This document shows positions 1-9,937 of a DNA stretch of 64,000 nucleotides, in pieces. The translations under genes were made by a program, and so were the position numbers. Each line of letters begins with the position of its first letter. The first letter of the stretch is position 1. The notes under the pieces were generated by a model. That model was not told the origin of the DNA and made no database searches. It saw only the letters and a list, made by a program, of their open reading frames with translations. Source of the stretch: Candidatus Latescibacterota bacterium (lineage in GTDB: Bacteria; Latescibacterota; CBDEFO01); the NCBI GenBank assembly GCA_965248755.1, contig OZ252149.1, positions 4,352,001 through 4,416,000 on the forward strand, in the 5' to 3' direction.

Positions 1-585
1 CTCCAAGCCGCTGATATACTTATGTATAAAGCAGATGTCGTTCCTGTGGGAGAGGACCAGGCCCCTCACGTCGAGCTGACAAGGGAGATAGCAAGGCGCT
101 TTAACTCTCTGTATGGAGAGGTTTTCCCTGAACCGGATTCGCTTTTGACCCCATTTGCAAGGCTCTCTGGAACCGACGGAAAAAGGATGAGCAAATCCGT
201 CGGCAATACTATATTAATATCCGATTCCTCCGAACAGATAAGCAAGAAAGTCTATTCTACCATAACAGATCCTCAGAAGATATATAAGAATGACCCCGGA
301 CACCCCGACATCTGCACTGTCTTTACGTATCATAAGAAATTCAACCCGCCCGAGACGGAACAGATAAGAGCCGATTGCACAAGCGGAGCCCTGGGATGCG
401 TTGACTGCAAGCAGAATCTTTCAAACAAACTTACGATATATTTTGAGCCCATAAGAGAAAAGAGGGCACAGTTAGAGTCCAAATCCGGCTATATTGACGA
501 CGTCCTTAACTTTGGCGACGAAAGTGCCCGTAAAGTATCTCAGGATACGATGAGACAGGTCCATGAGGCGATGAAGATAGGATAA
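1..585 (+). CDS. trpS: Tryptophan--tRNA ligase (5' truncated by window edge)
   Basis: Frame open from base 1 (LQAADILMYKADVVPVGEDQ); KMSKS-like RMSKS motif; TrpRS C-terminal anticodon domain. Confidence 0.97.
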   Translation, partial: LQAADILMYKADVVPVGEDQAPHVELTREIARRFNSLYGEVFPEPDSLLTPFARLSGTDGKRMSKSVGNTILISDSSEQISKKVYSTITDPQKIYKNDPGHPDICTVFTYHKKFNPPETEQIRADCTSGALGCVDCKQNLSNKLTIYFEPIREKRAQLESKSGYIDDVLNFGDESARKVSQDTMRQVHEAMKIG

Positions 586-590
586 AGAAC

Positions 591-675
591 AGTAGACAGT
601 AGCCCCCGAGTTAGAGTTAAATCGAGGGCAGCCAAGCAATCTCATTTAGACCGTTTTCTTTGTATGCTGTCTACT
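591..675. repeat. Small palindromic REP-like element
   Basis: AGTAGACAGTA (591-601) / TGCTGTCTACT (665-675) inverted pair enclosing AAGCAATCTC; same motifs recur at 10817-10930 and 62049-62180. Confidence 0.55.
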
Positions 676-694
676 TTCCAGATAGGATTATGTC

Positions 695-1459
695 ATGGCT
701 TCGGATTCAAGCGCTAATCAGACACAACTGTTCGGCGACTCATACGGCGTAAAATTAGAGGTCTTTGAAGGACCCCTGGATCTGCTTTTATACCTCATCA
801 AAAGAGAAGAGATCGACATATACGATATCCCCGTTGCTCATATCACCAGACAGTACCTGGAGTACGTCGAACTTATAAAGATGGTTAACATAGAACAGGC
901 GGGGGATTTCGTCCTTATGGCTGCCACCTTGATGAAGATCAAGTCCCAGATGCTCCTGCCAAGACAACAGGAAGACGAGGAGGAAGAAGAGGACCCCAGA
1001 GAAGAGCTCGTCCGCAGGCTCCTGGATTACCAAAGATACAAAGAGATAGCCGAGTGGATGGACGAAAGGGAAATAGATCAAAAAGATGTCTTCTACCGCA
1101 CGTTCGGACCTGGTATAAAGAGTCAAGAAGAGCCCGAAGAAGGGCCCTTAATAACCGCTACCCTCTTTGATCTCCTCTATGCTTTCAGGGTGGTTCTGGA
1201 GAGCGCTCCAAAAGTTCCTCTTCACAGGGTAAGAGGAAGCGAAGTCCATATAGAAGAGCAGATAGACTTCATTTTGATGATACTGGATAAGAGAAAGAAA
1301 ATCCTCTTTATGGATTTGGTCTCAGGTCAGGGAAGGCTCGCTATGATAGTCACGTTCATAGCTATCCTGGAACTCATCAAGACGCAACGGATAAGTGCAG
1401 TTCAGAATCGGCAATATGAAGATATATGGATACATAAAAAGGAGCAGTCTGATCTCTAA
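695..1459 (+). CDS. scpA: Segregation and condensation protein A
   Basis: FEGPLDLLLYLIK, DIYDIP, FVLMAATLMKIKS and VTFIAILEL motifs. Confidence 0.96.
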   Translation: MASDSSANQTQLFGDSYGVKLEVFEGPLDLLLYLIKREEIDIYDIPVAHITRQYLEYVELIKMVNIEQAGDFVLMAATLMKIKSQMLLPRQQEDEEEEEDPREELVRRLLDYQRYKEIAEWMDEREIDQKDVFYRTFGPGIKSQEEPEEGPLITATLFDLLYAFRVVLESAPKVPLHRVRGSEVHIEEQIDFILMILDKRKKILFMDLVSGQGRLAMIVTFIAILELIKTQRISAVQNRQYEDIWIHKKEQSDL

Positions 1460-1550
1460 TAATCACGTGAACATGATCGGGACAAAATATAGAGTTCCGA
1501 AATAGTTGACAGCGTACACGAGCAGCGAGGCGCCTGCCTGCTTGCTTAAT

Positions 1551-2165
1551 ATGGACTTCAAAAAGATAAAATCCATAATAGAGTCGGTTGTCTTTTCGTC
1601 AGAAGTCCCGGTCACGCCCGGCAGGTTGTCATCAATTTTGGACGGACTGGACGGAAGGACAATAAGACAGGCTGCAGATGCCCTGAACGGGGAGTACGCA
1701 CAGACCGGTAGAACTTTCACAATCAGGGAAGTGGGAGGAGGCTACCTGATGTCAACGCTGCCTGAGTACGCATCTTGGATCAGAAAATTCCAAAAGGACA
1801 GGATATCGGCTAAGCTTTCGCAAGCTTCACTGGATACATTAGCTATCGTATCCTTCAGACAGCCGATTTCACGTCCACAGATAGAGAGTATAAGAGGAGT
1901 CAACGTAGACGGAGTTATAAAGACTCTCTTAGAGAGGAATCTGATCAGGATAGTCGGACGATCCGATAGGGTCGGCAGACCTCTGCTCTACGGAACTACT
2001 AAGGAGTTTTTGAGATACTTTGGGCTAAAGACCCTTTCTGACCTCCCTAAGCCCAAAGAGCTTGAGGAACTTTTGGGAAAACATGGACAGGAAAACCCAG
2101 GCGACGACCAGGCTGAACAGGTTTCTGGCCAAAGCGGGGATAGCATCCAGGCGCAAGTGCGATGA
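1551..2165 (+). CDS. scpB: Segregation and condensation protein B
   Basis: LSQASLDTLAIVSFRQPISR..IESIRGVN and GRPLLYGTTKEFLRYFGL motifs; ATG at 1551 preferred. Confidence 0.96.
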   Translation: MDFKKIKSIIESVVFSSEVPVTPGRLSSILDGLDGRTIRQAADALNGEYAQTGRTFTIREVGGGYLMSTLPEYASWIRKFQKDRISAKLSQASLDTLAIVSFRQPISRPQIESIRGVNVDGVIKTLLERNLIRIVGRSDRVGRPLLYGTTKEFLRYFGLKTLSDLPKPKELEELLGKHGQENPGDDQAEQVSGQSGDSIQAQVR

Positions 2166-2823
2166 GCTCATACGATCCGGAAGAGTTAAGCTCAACGGCA
2201 CAAGAGTCACCAGTCCAGCTGAATATGTAGACCTGTGGAAAGATCGAGTAACCTTTGACGGTAAGGACATAAGCTATAGTGCAGAGCCAATTTACATAGT
2301 GCTGAATAAGGCCCAAGGATATATTACAACTGCGTGGGATACGCACAACAGAAAGACGGTATTTGATCTAATTGATGGCATAGAAGGCAGGATATTCTCC
2401 GTCGGACGCCTCGACCTCGACACAGAGGGAGTTCTACTGCTTACAAATGACGGCCAGCTTGCTTTCAGGCTTATGCACCCAAGATACGAAGTAAGTAAGA
2501 CCTACGAAGCCCTGGTTGAAGGGATACCAGACTCAAAGAGCCTGAAAAGACTATCGTCAGGAGTAGTATTGGACGGAAAAAAGACCTCTCCTGCCGCCGT
2601 CAGGATTAAGAGGAAAGCGGGAGCAGATGCCGTTTTGGAAATTGCGATCCACCAAGGGCAAAAGAGGCAGATAAAGCGGATGTGCCAAAAGATCGGACAT
2701 CCTGTAGTGGAACTGAGAAGGACTAACTTCGGCGGAATATCTGCCGTGGGGCTCGCAAGTGGAAAGTGGCGCCATCTCAAAAGTATTGAAGTGGAAGCGC
2801 TCAAAAGCTCCGTAGGCCTGTAA
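2083..2823 (+). CDS. rluB: rRNA pseudouridine synthase (RsuA/RluB family)
   Basis: S4 domain RLNRFLAKAGIASRRKCD; catalytic GRLDLDTEG; scpAB-rluB-cmk synteny. Confidence 0.9.
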   Translation: MDRKTQATTRLNRFLAKAGIASRRKCDELIRSGRVKLNGTRVTSPAEYVDLWKDRVTFDGKDISYSAEPIYIVLNKAQGYITTAWDTHNRKTVFDLIDGIEGRIFSVGRLDLDTEGVLLLTNDGQLAFRLMHPRYEVSKTYEALVEGIPDSKSLKRLSSGVVLDGKKTSPAAVRIKRKAGADAVLEIAIHQGQKRQIKRMCQKIGHPVVELRRTNFGGISAVGLASGKWRHLKSIEVEALKSSVGL

Positions 2824-3531
2824 TTGGATAGAAAAGCCATTGCAATTGTTATAGATGGTCCTGTCGCCTCTGGAAAGAGTACTACTGCCAGACTCGTCGC
2901 AGAGAGACTCGGCTACCGATGCATCGACAGCGGAGCAATTTACAGAGCCCTTACGCTTAAGGCCCTGCGCCAATGCGTAGATATCCAGGACGAAGCAGCC
3001 ATGGGGCGCTTGGTTTTGAGTACAGAGGTAGATCTGACGCAAAAAGATAGGAAACTGACAGTCCTTTTGGATGGGGAAGACGTGTCCGAACAGATACGCC
3101 TTCCGGAAGTTACAAACAGCGTTGCTCCTGTATCTGAGATGAAGAGCGTAAGAGAGATCATCGTTCAGAGGCAAAGGGAGTTGGGAAAAGATAAAGCGAT
3201 AGTTATGGAAGGCAGGGACACAGGAACAGTTGTCTTCCCCGACGCTGAGCTGAAGATATTCCTGACAGCAGACATAAGAGAGAGGGCCAAGAGGCGACAT
3301 CTTGAACTTAAATCCAAAGGTATACATGTCGCCGTGAATGAGTTAGAAGAGGATATAAGAGAAAGAGATAGAAGAAACGTCCAAAGGAAGTACGGACCTG
3401 AAAGAAGGTCCGAAGACGCCCAATTGTTAGACACTACCGGGCTTACTGTAGATGAACAGGTGGACAGAATAGTTCAGATGGCAGAAGAACTTATACAGAA
3501 TAAAAGCAAAGGAGAGGATACACTCTCTTAG
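2824..3531 (+). CDS. cmk: Cytidylate kinase
   Basis: IDGPVASGKST P-loop, DSGAIYRA, VMEGRDTGTVVFPDA. Confidence 0.96.
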   Translation: MDRKAIAIVIDGPVASGKSTTARLVAERLGYRCIDSGAIYRALTLKALRQCVDIQDEAAMGRLVLSTEVDLTQKDRKLTVLLDGEDVSEQIRLPEVTNSVAPVSEMKSVREIIVQRQRELGKDKAIVMEGRDTGTVVFPDAELKIFLTADIRERAKRRHLELKSKGIHVAVNELEEDIRERDRRNVQRKYGPERRSEDAQLLDTTGLTVDEQVDRIVQMAEELIQNKSKGEDTLS

Positions 3532-3538
3532 CATGTGA

Positions 3539-4186
3539 TTGTTGATTCCCAAAAAAGCTGTGGCATCTAAATTTTACACTATTTCCTGGTGGATAGTACT
3601 AACCCTCTTTAGGATATTTTTGAGACTCAAAGTCGAGGGAAAGGAAAACGTACCGGAAGAAGGAGGTGTGATATTAGCAAGCAATCACGCCTCATATATA
3701 GATCCGCCCGTAGTGGGTGTGAGCACCAAAAGGGAGATGAAGTTCCTCGCCAAAAGAGAGCTTTTCGAACCACCTGTTTTCGGGACTATTATAACTAAGC
3801 TCAATGCTGTTCCGATAAATAGGAGCGGATTCGGCAAGGAACCTTTAGATGTTATGTACAAGGCTTTAGAAGAGGACATGGCCGTTATCGTCTTTCCTGA
3901 AGGTACAAGAAACAAAGGTAGATATTTGGGAAAAGCTAAAGCCGGTCTTGGGATGATAGCCTTACGATCATCCAAGCCCATCGTGCCTGTACATATATCT
4001 GGCACAAGATCTGTATGGCGCTCGTTGATCGGCATCGAAAGAGTCAAAGTCAGCTTCGGTAAACCTATAAACTTGGATGAGATTCCGCTCTCTGGAAACA
4101 GGAAAGATGATTACCGTACTGTTACCCAAGAGGTGATGCGGGAGATCGAAAAGCTGAAAGCATTTCAAGGTAAAGTAAAGCAGTAA
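3539..4186 (+). CDS. plsC: 1-acyl-sn-glycerol-3-phosphate acyltransferase
   Basis: NHASYID (HX4D) and FPEGTR motifs. Confidence 0.93.
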   Translation: MLIPKKAVASKFYTISWWIVLTLFRIFLRLKVEGKENVPEEGGVILASNHASYIDPPVVGVSTKREMKFLAKRELFEPPVFGTIITKLNAVPINRSGFGKEPLDVMYKALEEDMAVIVFPEGTRNKGRYLGKAKAGLGMIALRSSKPIVPVHISGTRSVWRSLIGIERVKVSFGKPINLDEIPLSGNRKDDYRTVTQEVMREIEKLKAFQGKVKQ

Positions 4187-4213
4187 AATCCACGAAAAGG
4201 AGGAGAACAGGCG

Positions 4214-6598
4214 ATGCCTGAAGAGCCAAAATCGGCGCCGGAATCCGGCGAAGAAACCGTAGAGTTATCTACAGAGGAAAACGGAGGTGATGAAAAAGAA
4301 TCTATCGTTCAATCGGAGACGACCTTGGATGCTGACCAGCCCTTACTTTCTCTGGATGAAGGCGAAAAAGAGTACTCCGATGAGGAGTTTGCCAAGATGC
4401 TCGACCTCTATGACAGCACAATGCAGGGCATCAAGGCTGGAGAAGTTGTAAAGGGGAAGATCCTGTCCGTAGGTGAAAACGAGGTGATGGTGGACATAGG
4501 CTTCAAATCTGAAGGAACTATATCTATAGATGAGTTCAAGGACCAAGAATCCATAGAAATCGGCAGCGAAGTTGAGGTCTATCTTGAGGACGTTGAAGAT
4601 AAGGAGGGGCAGGTAGTTCTTTCCAAGCAAAAAGCTGATTTTATGCGCGTCTGGGATATGATCAAAGAGGCGCACGATAGTAATGATACTATCGAAGGCA
4701 CCCTAACAAGACGTATCAAAGGCGGTATCGTTGTAGACCTCTTGGGCGTGGATGCTTTCCTACCCGGCTCACAGATAGACATAAAACAGGTCAGAAACTT
4801 CGACCAGTTCGTGGGCCAGAGCTTCCATCTTAAGATCATCAAGATCAACAAGAACAGGAGGAACATCGTCGTCTCCAGGAGAGCCGTCCTTGAGGAAGAA
4901 AGGGAAAAACTAAGGAGAACTATTATAGAGGATATCCAAGAGGGACAGATAAGAGAAGGGACAGTCAAGAACATCACTGACTTCGGAGTCTTCATAGACC
5001 TTGGGGGAGTGGACGGACTGCTCCATATCACTGACATGTCCTGGGGCAGGGTCAACCATCCATCTGAACTCGTGGCAATCGGAGACGAGATCAGCGTTGT
5101 AATACTCAGCTTCGATGAAGAAAAACAGAGGATATCTCTTGGACTCAAACAGCTTCAACCTCATCCGTGGGACACTATAGAAGAAAGATATCCCGTTAGT
5201 AAAAAGGTGGCAGGAAAAGTGGTCAGCATTACTGACTACGGCGCCTTTATAGAGTTAGAGGAGGGAGTGGAAGGACTTGTGCATATTTCAGAGATGTCCT
5301 GGACGCAGCACATCAGGCATCCTTCAAAAGTAGTCTCTATAGGTGGCGAGGTTGAAGTCGTGGTCCTGCGCGTTGATAAGGATGAGCAAAAGATATCCCT
5401 GGGCATAAAACAGGTCCAGCCTGATCCTTGGCTTACGATCGAGGAGAGCTATCCTTCCGGAACAGTCATCAAAGGCAATGTGCGCAATCTTACCAACTTC
5501 GGTGCCTTTGTAGAGATTGAGGAAGGCATTGATGGGCTCGTTCATGTCTCAGATATGTCCTGGACCAGGAGAGTTCGACATCCGAGTGAGATAATGAAAA
5601 AAGGAGATGACGTGGATGTAGTAATTTTAAGTGTCAATCAAGAAAGACGGAGGATCTCCCTTGGACACAAACAGGTCCTCGAAAACCCATGGCCTCAACT
5701 TGCCGATGAATACGCTCCCGGAACAGAGACCGAAGGTACAGTCTATAAACTCCTCGACAGAGGCATCGTCGTCGAACTTGAGGGAAATGTGGAAGGTTTT
5801 ATACCGACCTCGCAATTGGGCGTACCGAACATTAGGAAGCTCACTGACCACTTCGAGGTAGGAGACAAGATCCCGATGAAGGTCATTGAATTCGATGAAG
5901 CTCAAAAAAAGATCGTCCTGAGCGTCAAAGAATACCTCAGAGACAAAGAACAACAGGAGATCGAAGAGTATAGAGAGAAGTATCAGCCCAAGTCTGTTAC
6001 CATTGAAGAAGTGATAGAAGAAATCCCTGAAGCTTCCAACGCAGAGGACGTAGAGATTGAGACTGCTGCTAAAGATTCGGTTGAGAGAATAGAAGAGGAA
6101 GTTCAGAATGAGGCTCCAGAAGATGAGGGGATGTCCGAAGCAGCACAGGCTGAGGTTGCAGACGAGGCTGATGTGGATGCTGAAGCCTCAGTTGAGGAGG
6201 TAAAGAAGGAAGTTCAGAATGAGGCTCCAGAAGATGAGGGGACGTCCGAAGCAGCAAAGGCTGAGGTTGTAGACGAGGCTGAGGTGGGTGCTGAAGCCTC
6301 AGTTGAGGAGGTAAAGAAGGAAGTTCAGAATGAGGCTCCAGAAGATGAGGGGACGTCCGAGGCAGCACAGGCTGAGGTTGCAGATGAGGCTGAGGTGGAT
6401 GCTGAAGCCTCAGTTGAGGAGGTAAAGAAGGAAGTTCAGAATGAGGCTCCAGAAGATGAGGGGACGTCCGAAGCAGCACAGACTGAGGTTGCAGAGGAGG
6501 CTGAGGTGGATGCTGAAGCCTCAGTTGAGGAGGTAAAGAAGGAAGTTCAGAATGAGGCTCCAGAAGATGAGAAAGACGTCCGAAGCAGCACAGACTGA
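4214..6598 (+). CDS. rpsA: 30S ribosomal protein S1 with long acidic repeat tail
   Basis: Six S1 domains (e.g. FGVFIDLGGVDGLLHITDMSW); AGGAGG RBS; cmk-plsC-rpsA synteny. Confidence 0.97.
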   Translation: MPEEPKSAPESGEETVELSTEENGGDEKESIVQSETTLDADQPLLSLDEGEKEYSDEEFAKMLDLYDSTMQGIKAGEVVKGKILSVGENEVMVDIGFKSEGTISIDEFKDQESIEIGSEVEVYLEDVEDKEGQVVLSKQKADFMRVWDMIKEAHDSNDTIEGTLTRRIKGGIVVDLLGVDAFLPGSQIDIKQVRNFDQFVGQSFHLKIIKINKNRRNIVVSRRAVLEEEREKLRRTIIEDIQEGQIREGTVKNITDFGVFIDLGGVDGLLHITDMSWGRVNHPSELVAIGDEISVVILSFDEEKQRISLGLKQLQPHPWDTIEERYPVSKKVAGKVVSITDYGAFIELEEGVEGLVHISEMSWTQHIRHPSKVVSIGGEVEVVVLRVDKDEQKISLGIKQVQPDPWLTIEESYPSGTVIKGNVRNLTNFGAFVEIEEGIDGLVHVSDMSWTRRVRHPSEIMKKGDDVDVVILSVNQERRRISLGHKQVLENPWPQLADEYAPGTETEGTVYKLLDRGIVVELEGNVEGFIPTSQLGVPNIRKLTDHFEVGDKIPMKVIEFDEAQKKIVLSVKEYLRDKEQQEIEEYREKYQPKSVTIEEVIEEIPEASNAEDVEIETAAKDSVERIEEEVQNEAPEDEGMSEAAQAEVADEADVDAEASVEEVKKEVQNEAPEDEGTSEAAKAEVVDEAEVGAEASVEEVKKEVQNEAPEDEGTSEAAQAEVADEAEVDAEASVEEVKKEVQNEAPEDEGTSEAAQTEVAEEAEVDAEASVEEVKKEVQNEAPEDEKDVRSSTD

Positions 6599-6611
6599 GG
6601 TTGCAGAGGAG
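6098..6611 (+). repeat. 111-bp coding tandem repeat (37 aa), 4 full copies plus a partial fifth
   Basis: GTTCAGAATGAGGCTCCAGAAGATGAG recurs at 6101, 6212, 6323, 6434, 6545. Confidence 0.97.
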
Positions 6612-6743
6612 GGGAAGAGGGCTGTGGAGACGACTTTCAAGAAGGCTGACTAACCGCAAAACAGAAAAGAGTTGGGAATTTGACCCATTAGTTCTTTATT
6701 TTGGGAAATGGTATCTCAATTTAACACTTAGTGAATCGACTGC

Positions 6744-7457
6744 TTAGCGAAAATTCTGTATGGAATCAACGTTCGGATCGGTTGGCAGATCGCGCAAAGG
6801 TCTATTCTCAGAGATAATCAATCCTTTCCCCCTGTAAGCGATATATCTTCCCTTTTCCAAGCGCCTTAAGATTCTCGTTACTGTCTCTCGCGTCGTTCCG
6901 CAAAGGCTCGCAAGCTCTCTGTGAGTAGGCATTTTCTCGATAAAGACCACACCTTTCTCCCCGACCTCAGTTTTGGCACCCAACTCCATCAAGCTCCTTG
7001 AGATTCTCCCCGCGGCATCTAAAAGAGCAAGGGTTTCAATCCGCTCGTCCGCCTTCCGCAACCTCGTAGTCAGTTCCACCAAAAACTTGATTATAATCCC
7101 CGGATTCCTTTGCACCAGATCATAAAGGTCGTCCCTTCTAAGCACGAGAAGTTCCGTATCCTCAGTAATAGCTATCACGTTGGCTGAGCGAGGTTTATTA
7201 TCTAACAGGGCCAATTCTCCGAAGAAGTCTCCTTCGCCGAAGAAATCCAGAAGTACCTCCCTTCCCTGTTTGTCTGTGATGATAACCTTTACCTTGCCCC
7301 TTTTGATGATGAACATCGCATTTCCTACTTGCTTTTCCAGGACTATCGTCTCATTTTTCCGACACTGGCGAGCTACTACTAATGTCAAGAGTCTTTCTAA
7401 CTCATCTTGTGTCAGATCCTGGAAAAGCGGGACCTTTCTTAACAGATCTAATCCCAT
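6744..7457 (-). CDS. Crp/Fnr family transcriptional regulator
   Basis: cNMP-binding GDFFGELALLDNKPRSANV; HTH THRELASLCGTTRETVTR. Confidence 0.94.
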   Translation of the reverse strand: MGLDLLRKVPLFQDLTQDELERLLTLVVARQCRKNETIVLEKQVGNAMFIIKRGKVKVIITDKQGREVLLDFFGEGDFFGELALLDNKPRSANVIAITEDTELLVLRRDDLYDLVQRNPGIIIKFLVELTTRLRKADERIETLALLDAAGRISRSLMELGAKTEVGEKGVVFIEKMPTHRELASLCGTTRETVTRILRRLEKGRYIAYRGKGLIISENRPLRDLPTDPNVDSIQNFR

Positions 7458-7505
7458 CAGGCTGCCCCTTCGTTTTTTATATTCTGCGACGTCAGGACAA
7501 GCGAT

Positions 7506-8220
7506 CTATCCTGCTAGCAATTTAACTCCTGTTATTAGCACAAACACTAAGATTACTCTTGAAAAAGGCCACATCCGAAATACGCCTGTTTAGAAATATC
7601 CCGAGCATCATTCCTGCGGTAGTAAACGGAATAAGGGAGAGATCTTCCTTTAAGGTTTGTGAATTTAGAAATCCCAATTTGATATAGGGCAACATCTTTA
7701 TCAGATTGATTGAAAAATATAGTACCGTCGCTGTCCCAACAAACGCTCTATTTGGCAACCTTTGTGGGAACACGTACATCATGGTAAGAACGCCTCCAAT
7801 GTGAGCTAGAATAGAGAAGAACCCTGTGGCAATTCCCACAACTGTTCCATAGATGTAGCTCGGCTGCCAATGGGCATCTCTGCTTACTAACGTGTTCCTT
7901 GTAACCTGAATCAGCCCAAAGATAAAGGCTATAACACCAATCGATTTTTTAAGATAAAAGTTTGGGACTTCGTTGAGGACCATCCCCGACCAATGTTCCC
8001 GAAATCGCCCCAGGCATGAGGGACTTTATGTTTCCCATTCTCACAATCTCCAGTAGTAGAACAAAGATAGAATATCGGTCAACAAAAGCAGCGGGAGCAT
8101 TATGCCTATCGCCTGCTTGGGTGGCATCACAACAACTAAAAGTGGTGTGGCTAATATTCCCGTCCCCCCACCGAATCCAGCCTTAGTCACACCTATTAGC
8201 AAAGATGCCCCGCATGAGGC
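7506..8220 (-). pseudogene. TauE/SafE sulfite exporter family pseudogene
   Basis: Reads LLIGVTKAGFGGGTGILATPLL..AIGIMLPLLLLTD, in-frame TGA (8041-8043), frameshifts near 7985 and 7562; no 5' start seen. Confidence 0.82.
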
Positions 8221-8400
8221 GAGATTTTCGTAGCTTATATCTTTTCCTCCCTACCGAAGGATTTTCCGGAGACCATGACGATGGTCCTCTCTATACCCAT
8301 TTTGAAGCTGACGCAGTATGTTCAGAGTATCTGAGCCCTTGTCCTCCTTTTGTCCCTCTTCCGTCCTAAAAGCACATGTCCCGCGCTCACCTTGGATGCC

Positions 8401-8640
8401 TTAACCTCCTTCAGCTTCATTCGAGGCCGTCTCCAAACTTGCGCTGGCGTACGATGTGAACGGTATCTCCTGATCCACTGGATCAACCCCTAGGTTGGCA
8501 AGAGAGGTACCTCTCTTGCCGCTACGCTCCTTAATCAGTGCCAAGAGGATATGTTCAGTGCCCGATAGCTGTGCCTTAAACGCGGCCTCCGACCGGGCGT
8601 ATTGCATTAAGTTCCTTGCTCCTTCTGCAAAGAATTCCCT
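8401..8640 (-). pseudogene. Remnant of Clp ATPase (ClpC/ClpB) N-terminal domain
   Basis: FAEGARNLMQYARSEA...GTEHILLALIKE...LANLGVD; no AAA+ domain follows. Confidence 0.7.
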
Positions 8641-8805
8641 CTAGTTAACTGTCGGCACGACGGTTCAAATCTATTCTGTACTCCAGGGTCCCCGCCTCGT
8701 CTCGTAAGTTTTCCGCTGGCACATAGCCGTGTGCGTTCCCCACCAAGTTCTTAGCTTTTCTCAGGTCCCAGGTCTCTTTGCGATTCTTTTTTGAGTAGTA
8801 GGTTC

Positions 8806-9852
8806 CTATCGCATCAGGACCATTTTTCTTGTCTTCGCAAAGTCCCACGAGTCCCACGCTGTGATCCTGTAGTAATAAACCCCGCTTGCGACCTCCTTCT
8901 TGTTGTCGTCCAGTCCATCCCAACCAGTATAATGGCTGCCCGCTTCCATATAGGAATTTACAAGAGTCCTTACCTTTTGCCCACCGGTGTTGTATATAGA
9001 TAAGGTTACCATTCCTGCAGATGGGAGATCATAATAGATAGTAGTCAGTGGATTGAAGGGATTTGGATAGTTTTGAAAGAGCCGGTGAACATCAGGCACA
9101 GCTGAGGCTCTATCACCTATAAGCTCTGTCTTTACGGGAATCAGTCCCTCGTTCAACTGGACTTTGCGCAGCCATATGTAAGCGGGGACAGGTAGTCCTG
9201 GAAGCAGGGATTTTACTTTGATAAAGGCAATTTCTCCCTTTCCCCTATATGGCTCAGACCCTGCAAAGGCTATCTTGAGCGTGCTTTCATCGACTTTGCT
9301 TGCAAACAATCCCACCCGGGTCAAATCCGACGGCAATGCGCCTGATATCTCAAGCTCTGTCGGATCAAAGGATATTTCGACATGTCCGGCTATTACCTTT
9401 TCCATATTGTCGATAAGTACAGGAACTTTGAACTCTCCGCTTTCAAGCTTCTGAGCATTACCCATACGCACTGTCCGAACTATAAATGATGACTGCAATC
9501 GGGGATCGTCCCCGACCGGAAGCGTTCTAATCTTTCCCTCTACAAATTGCAGTATCAGTGCGGCGTCGTACGAAGTTATCTGCTCCTGAACCGAACCGGA
9601 ATTCCCGCTTACATTTGAAACTTTGGGTGTTAATCCGGCGTAGTCCGTGCTGTCCTTTTGTCCCACCGCAAATTGGAGTATCAAGGAGGCATCAAACGCC
9701 GATATTTCCCCATTTCCACTTACGTCAAAGTTCGTCTCTGCGTCAGCATTGTCCAGAAAGGAAAAGGATAAGATGGCGAATAAGAAAACGATTCTTAACG
9801 ACCTTTCACATTTTACCATCGCACAGCCTTTCGCTCTCAAATGCCTCTTCAT
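8806..9852 (-). CDS. Secreted dockerin + cohesin + FlgD-Ig/T9SS-like C-terminal domain protein (no catalytic domain)
   Basis: Signal-peptide-like N-terminus; DVSGNGEISAFDASLILQ dockerin pair; cohesin-like FKVPVLID..ISFDPTELEI..KIAFAG; QNYPNPFNP...GVYYYRI...TRKMVLMR tail. Confidence 0.85.
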   Translation of the reverse strand: MKRHLRAKGCAMVKCERSLRIVFLFAILSFSFLDNADAETNFDVSGNGEISAFDASLILQFAVGQKDSTDYAGLTPKVSNVSGNSGSVQEQITSYDAALILQFVEGKIRTLPVGDDPRLQSSFIVRTVRMGNAQKLESGEFKVPVLIDNMEKVIAGHVEISFDPTELEISGALPSDLTRVGLFASKVDESTLKIAFAGSEPYRGKGEIAFIKVKSLLPGLPVPAYIWLRKVQLNEGLIPVKTELIGDRASAVPDVHRLFQNYPNPFNPLTTIYYDLPSAGMVTLSIYNTGGQKVRTLVNSYMEAGSHYTGWDGLDDNKKEVASGVYYYRITAWDSWDFAKTRKMVLMR

Positions 9853-9908
9853 ACTTCTTGGGTGCAGATATTCAAAGGTTTAGACACATGTCTTCCCAGA
9901 TATAAACT

Positions 9909-9937
9909 AATCTACAAGTGGTTATATTAAATGTCAA
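9909..9937 (-). promoter_or_regulatory. Putative sigma-70 promoter for the dockerin-cohesin gene
   Basis: Minus strand TTGACA-N17-TAGATT. Confidence 0.55.

Noticed and set aside
6098..6611. rpsA repeats as a CRISPR array
   Set aside because: Contiguous in-frame units with no unique spacers
6069..6659. 196-aa Pro/Leu/Gln-rich minus-strand ORF
   Set aside because: Antisense shadow of the rpsA 111-bp repeat
8041..8043. TGA in the TauE gene as selenocysteine
   Set aside because: Position fits Trp and the gene has further frameshifts
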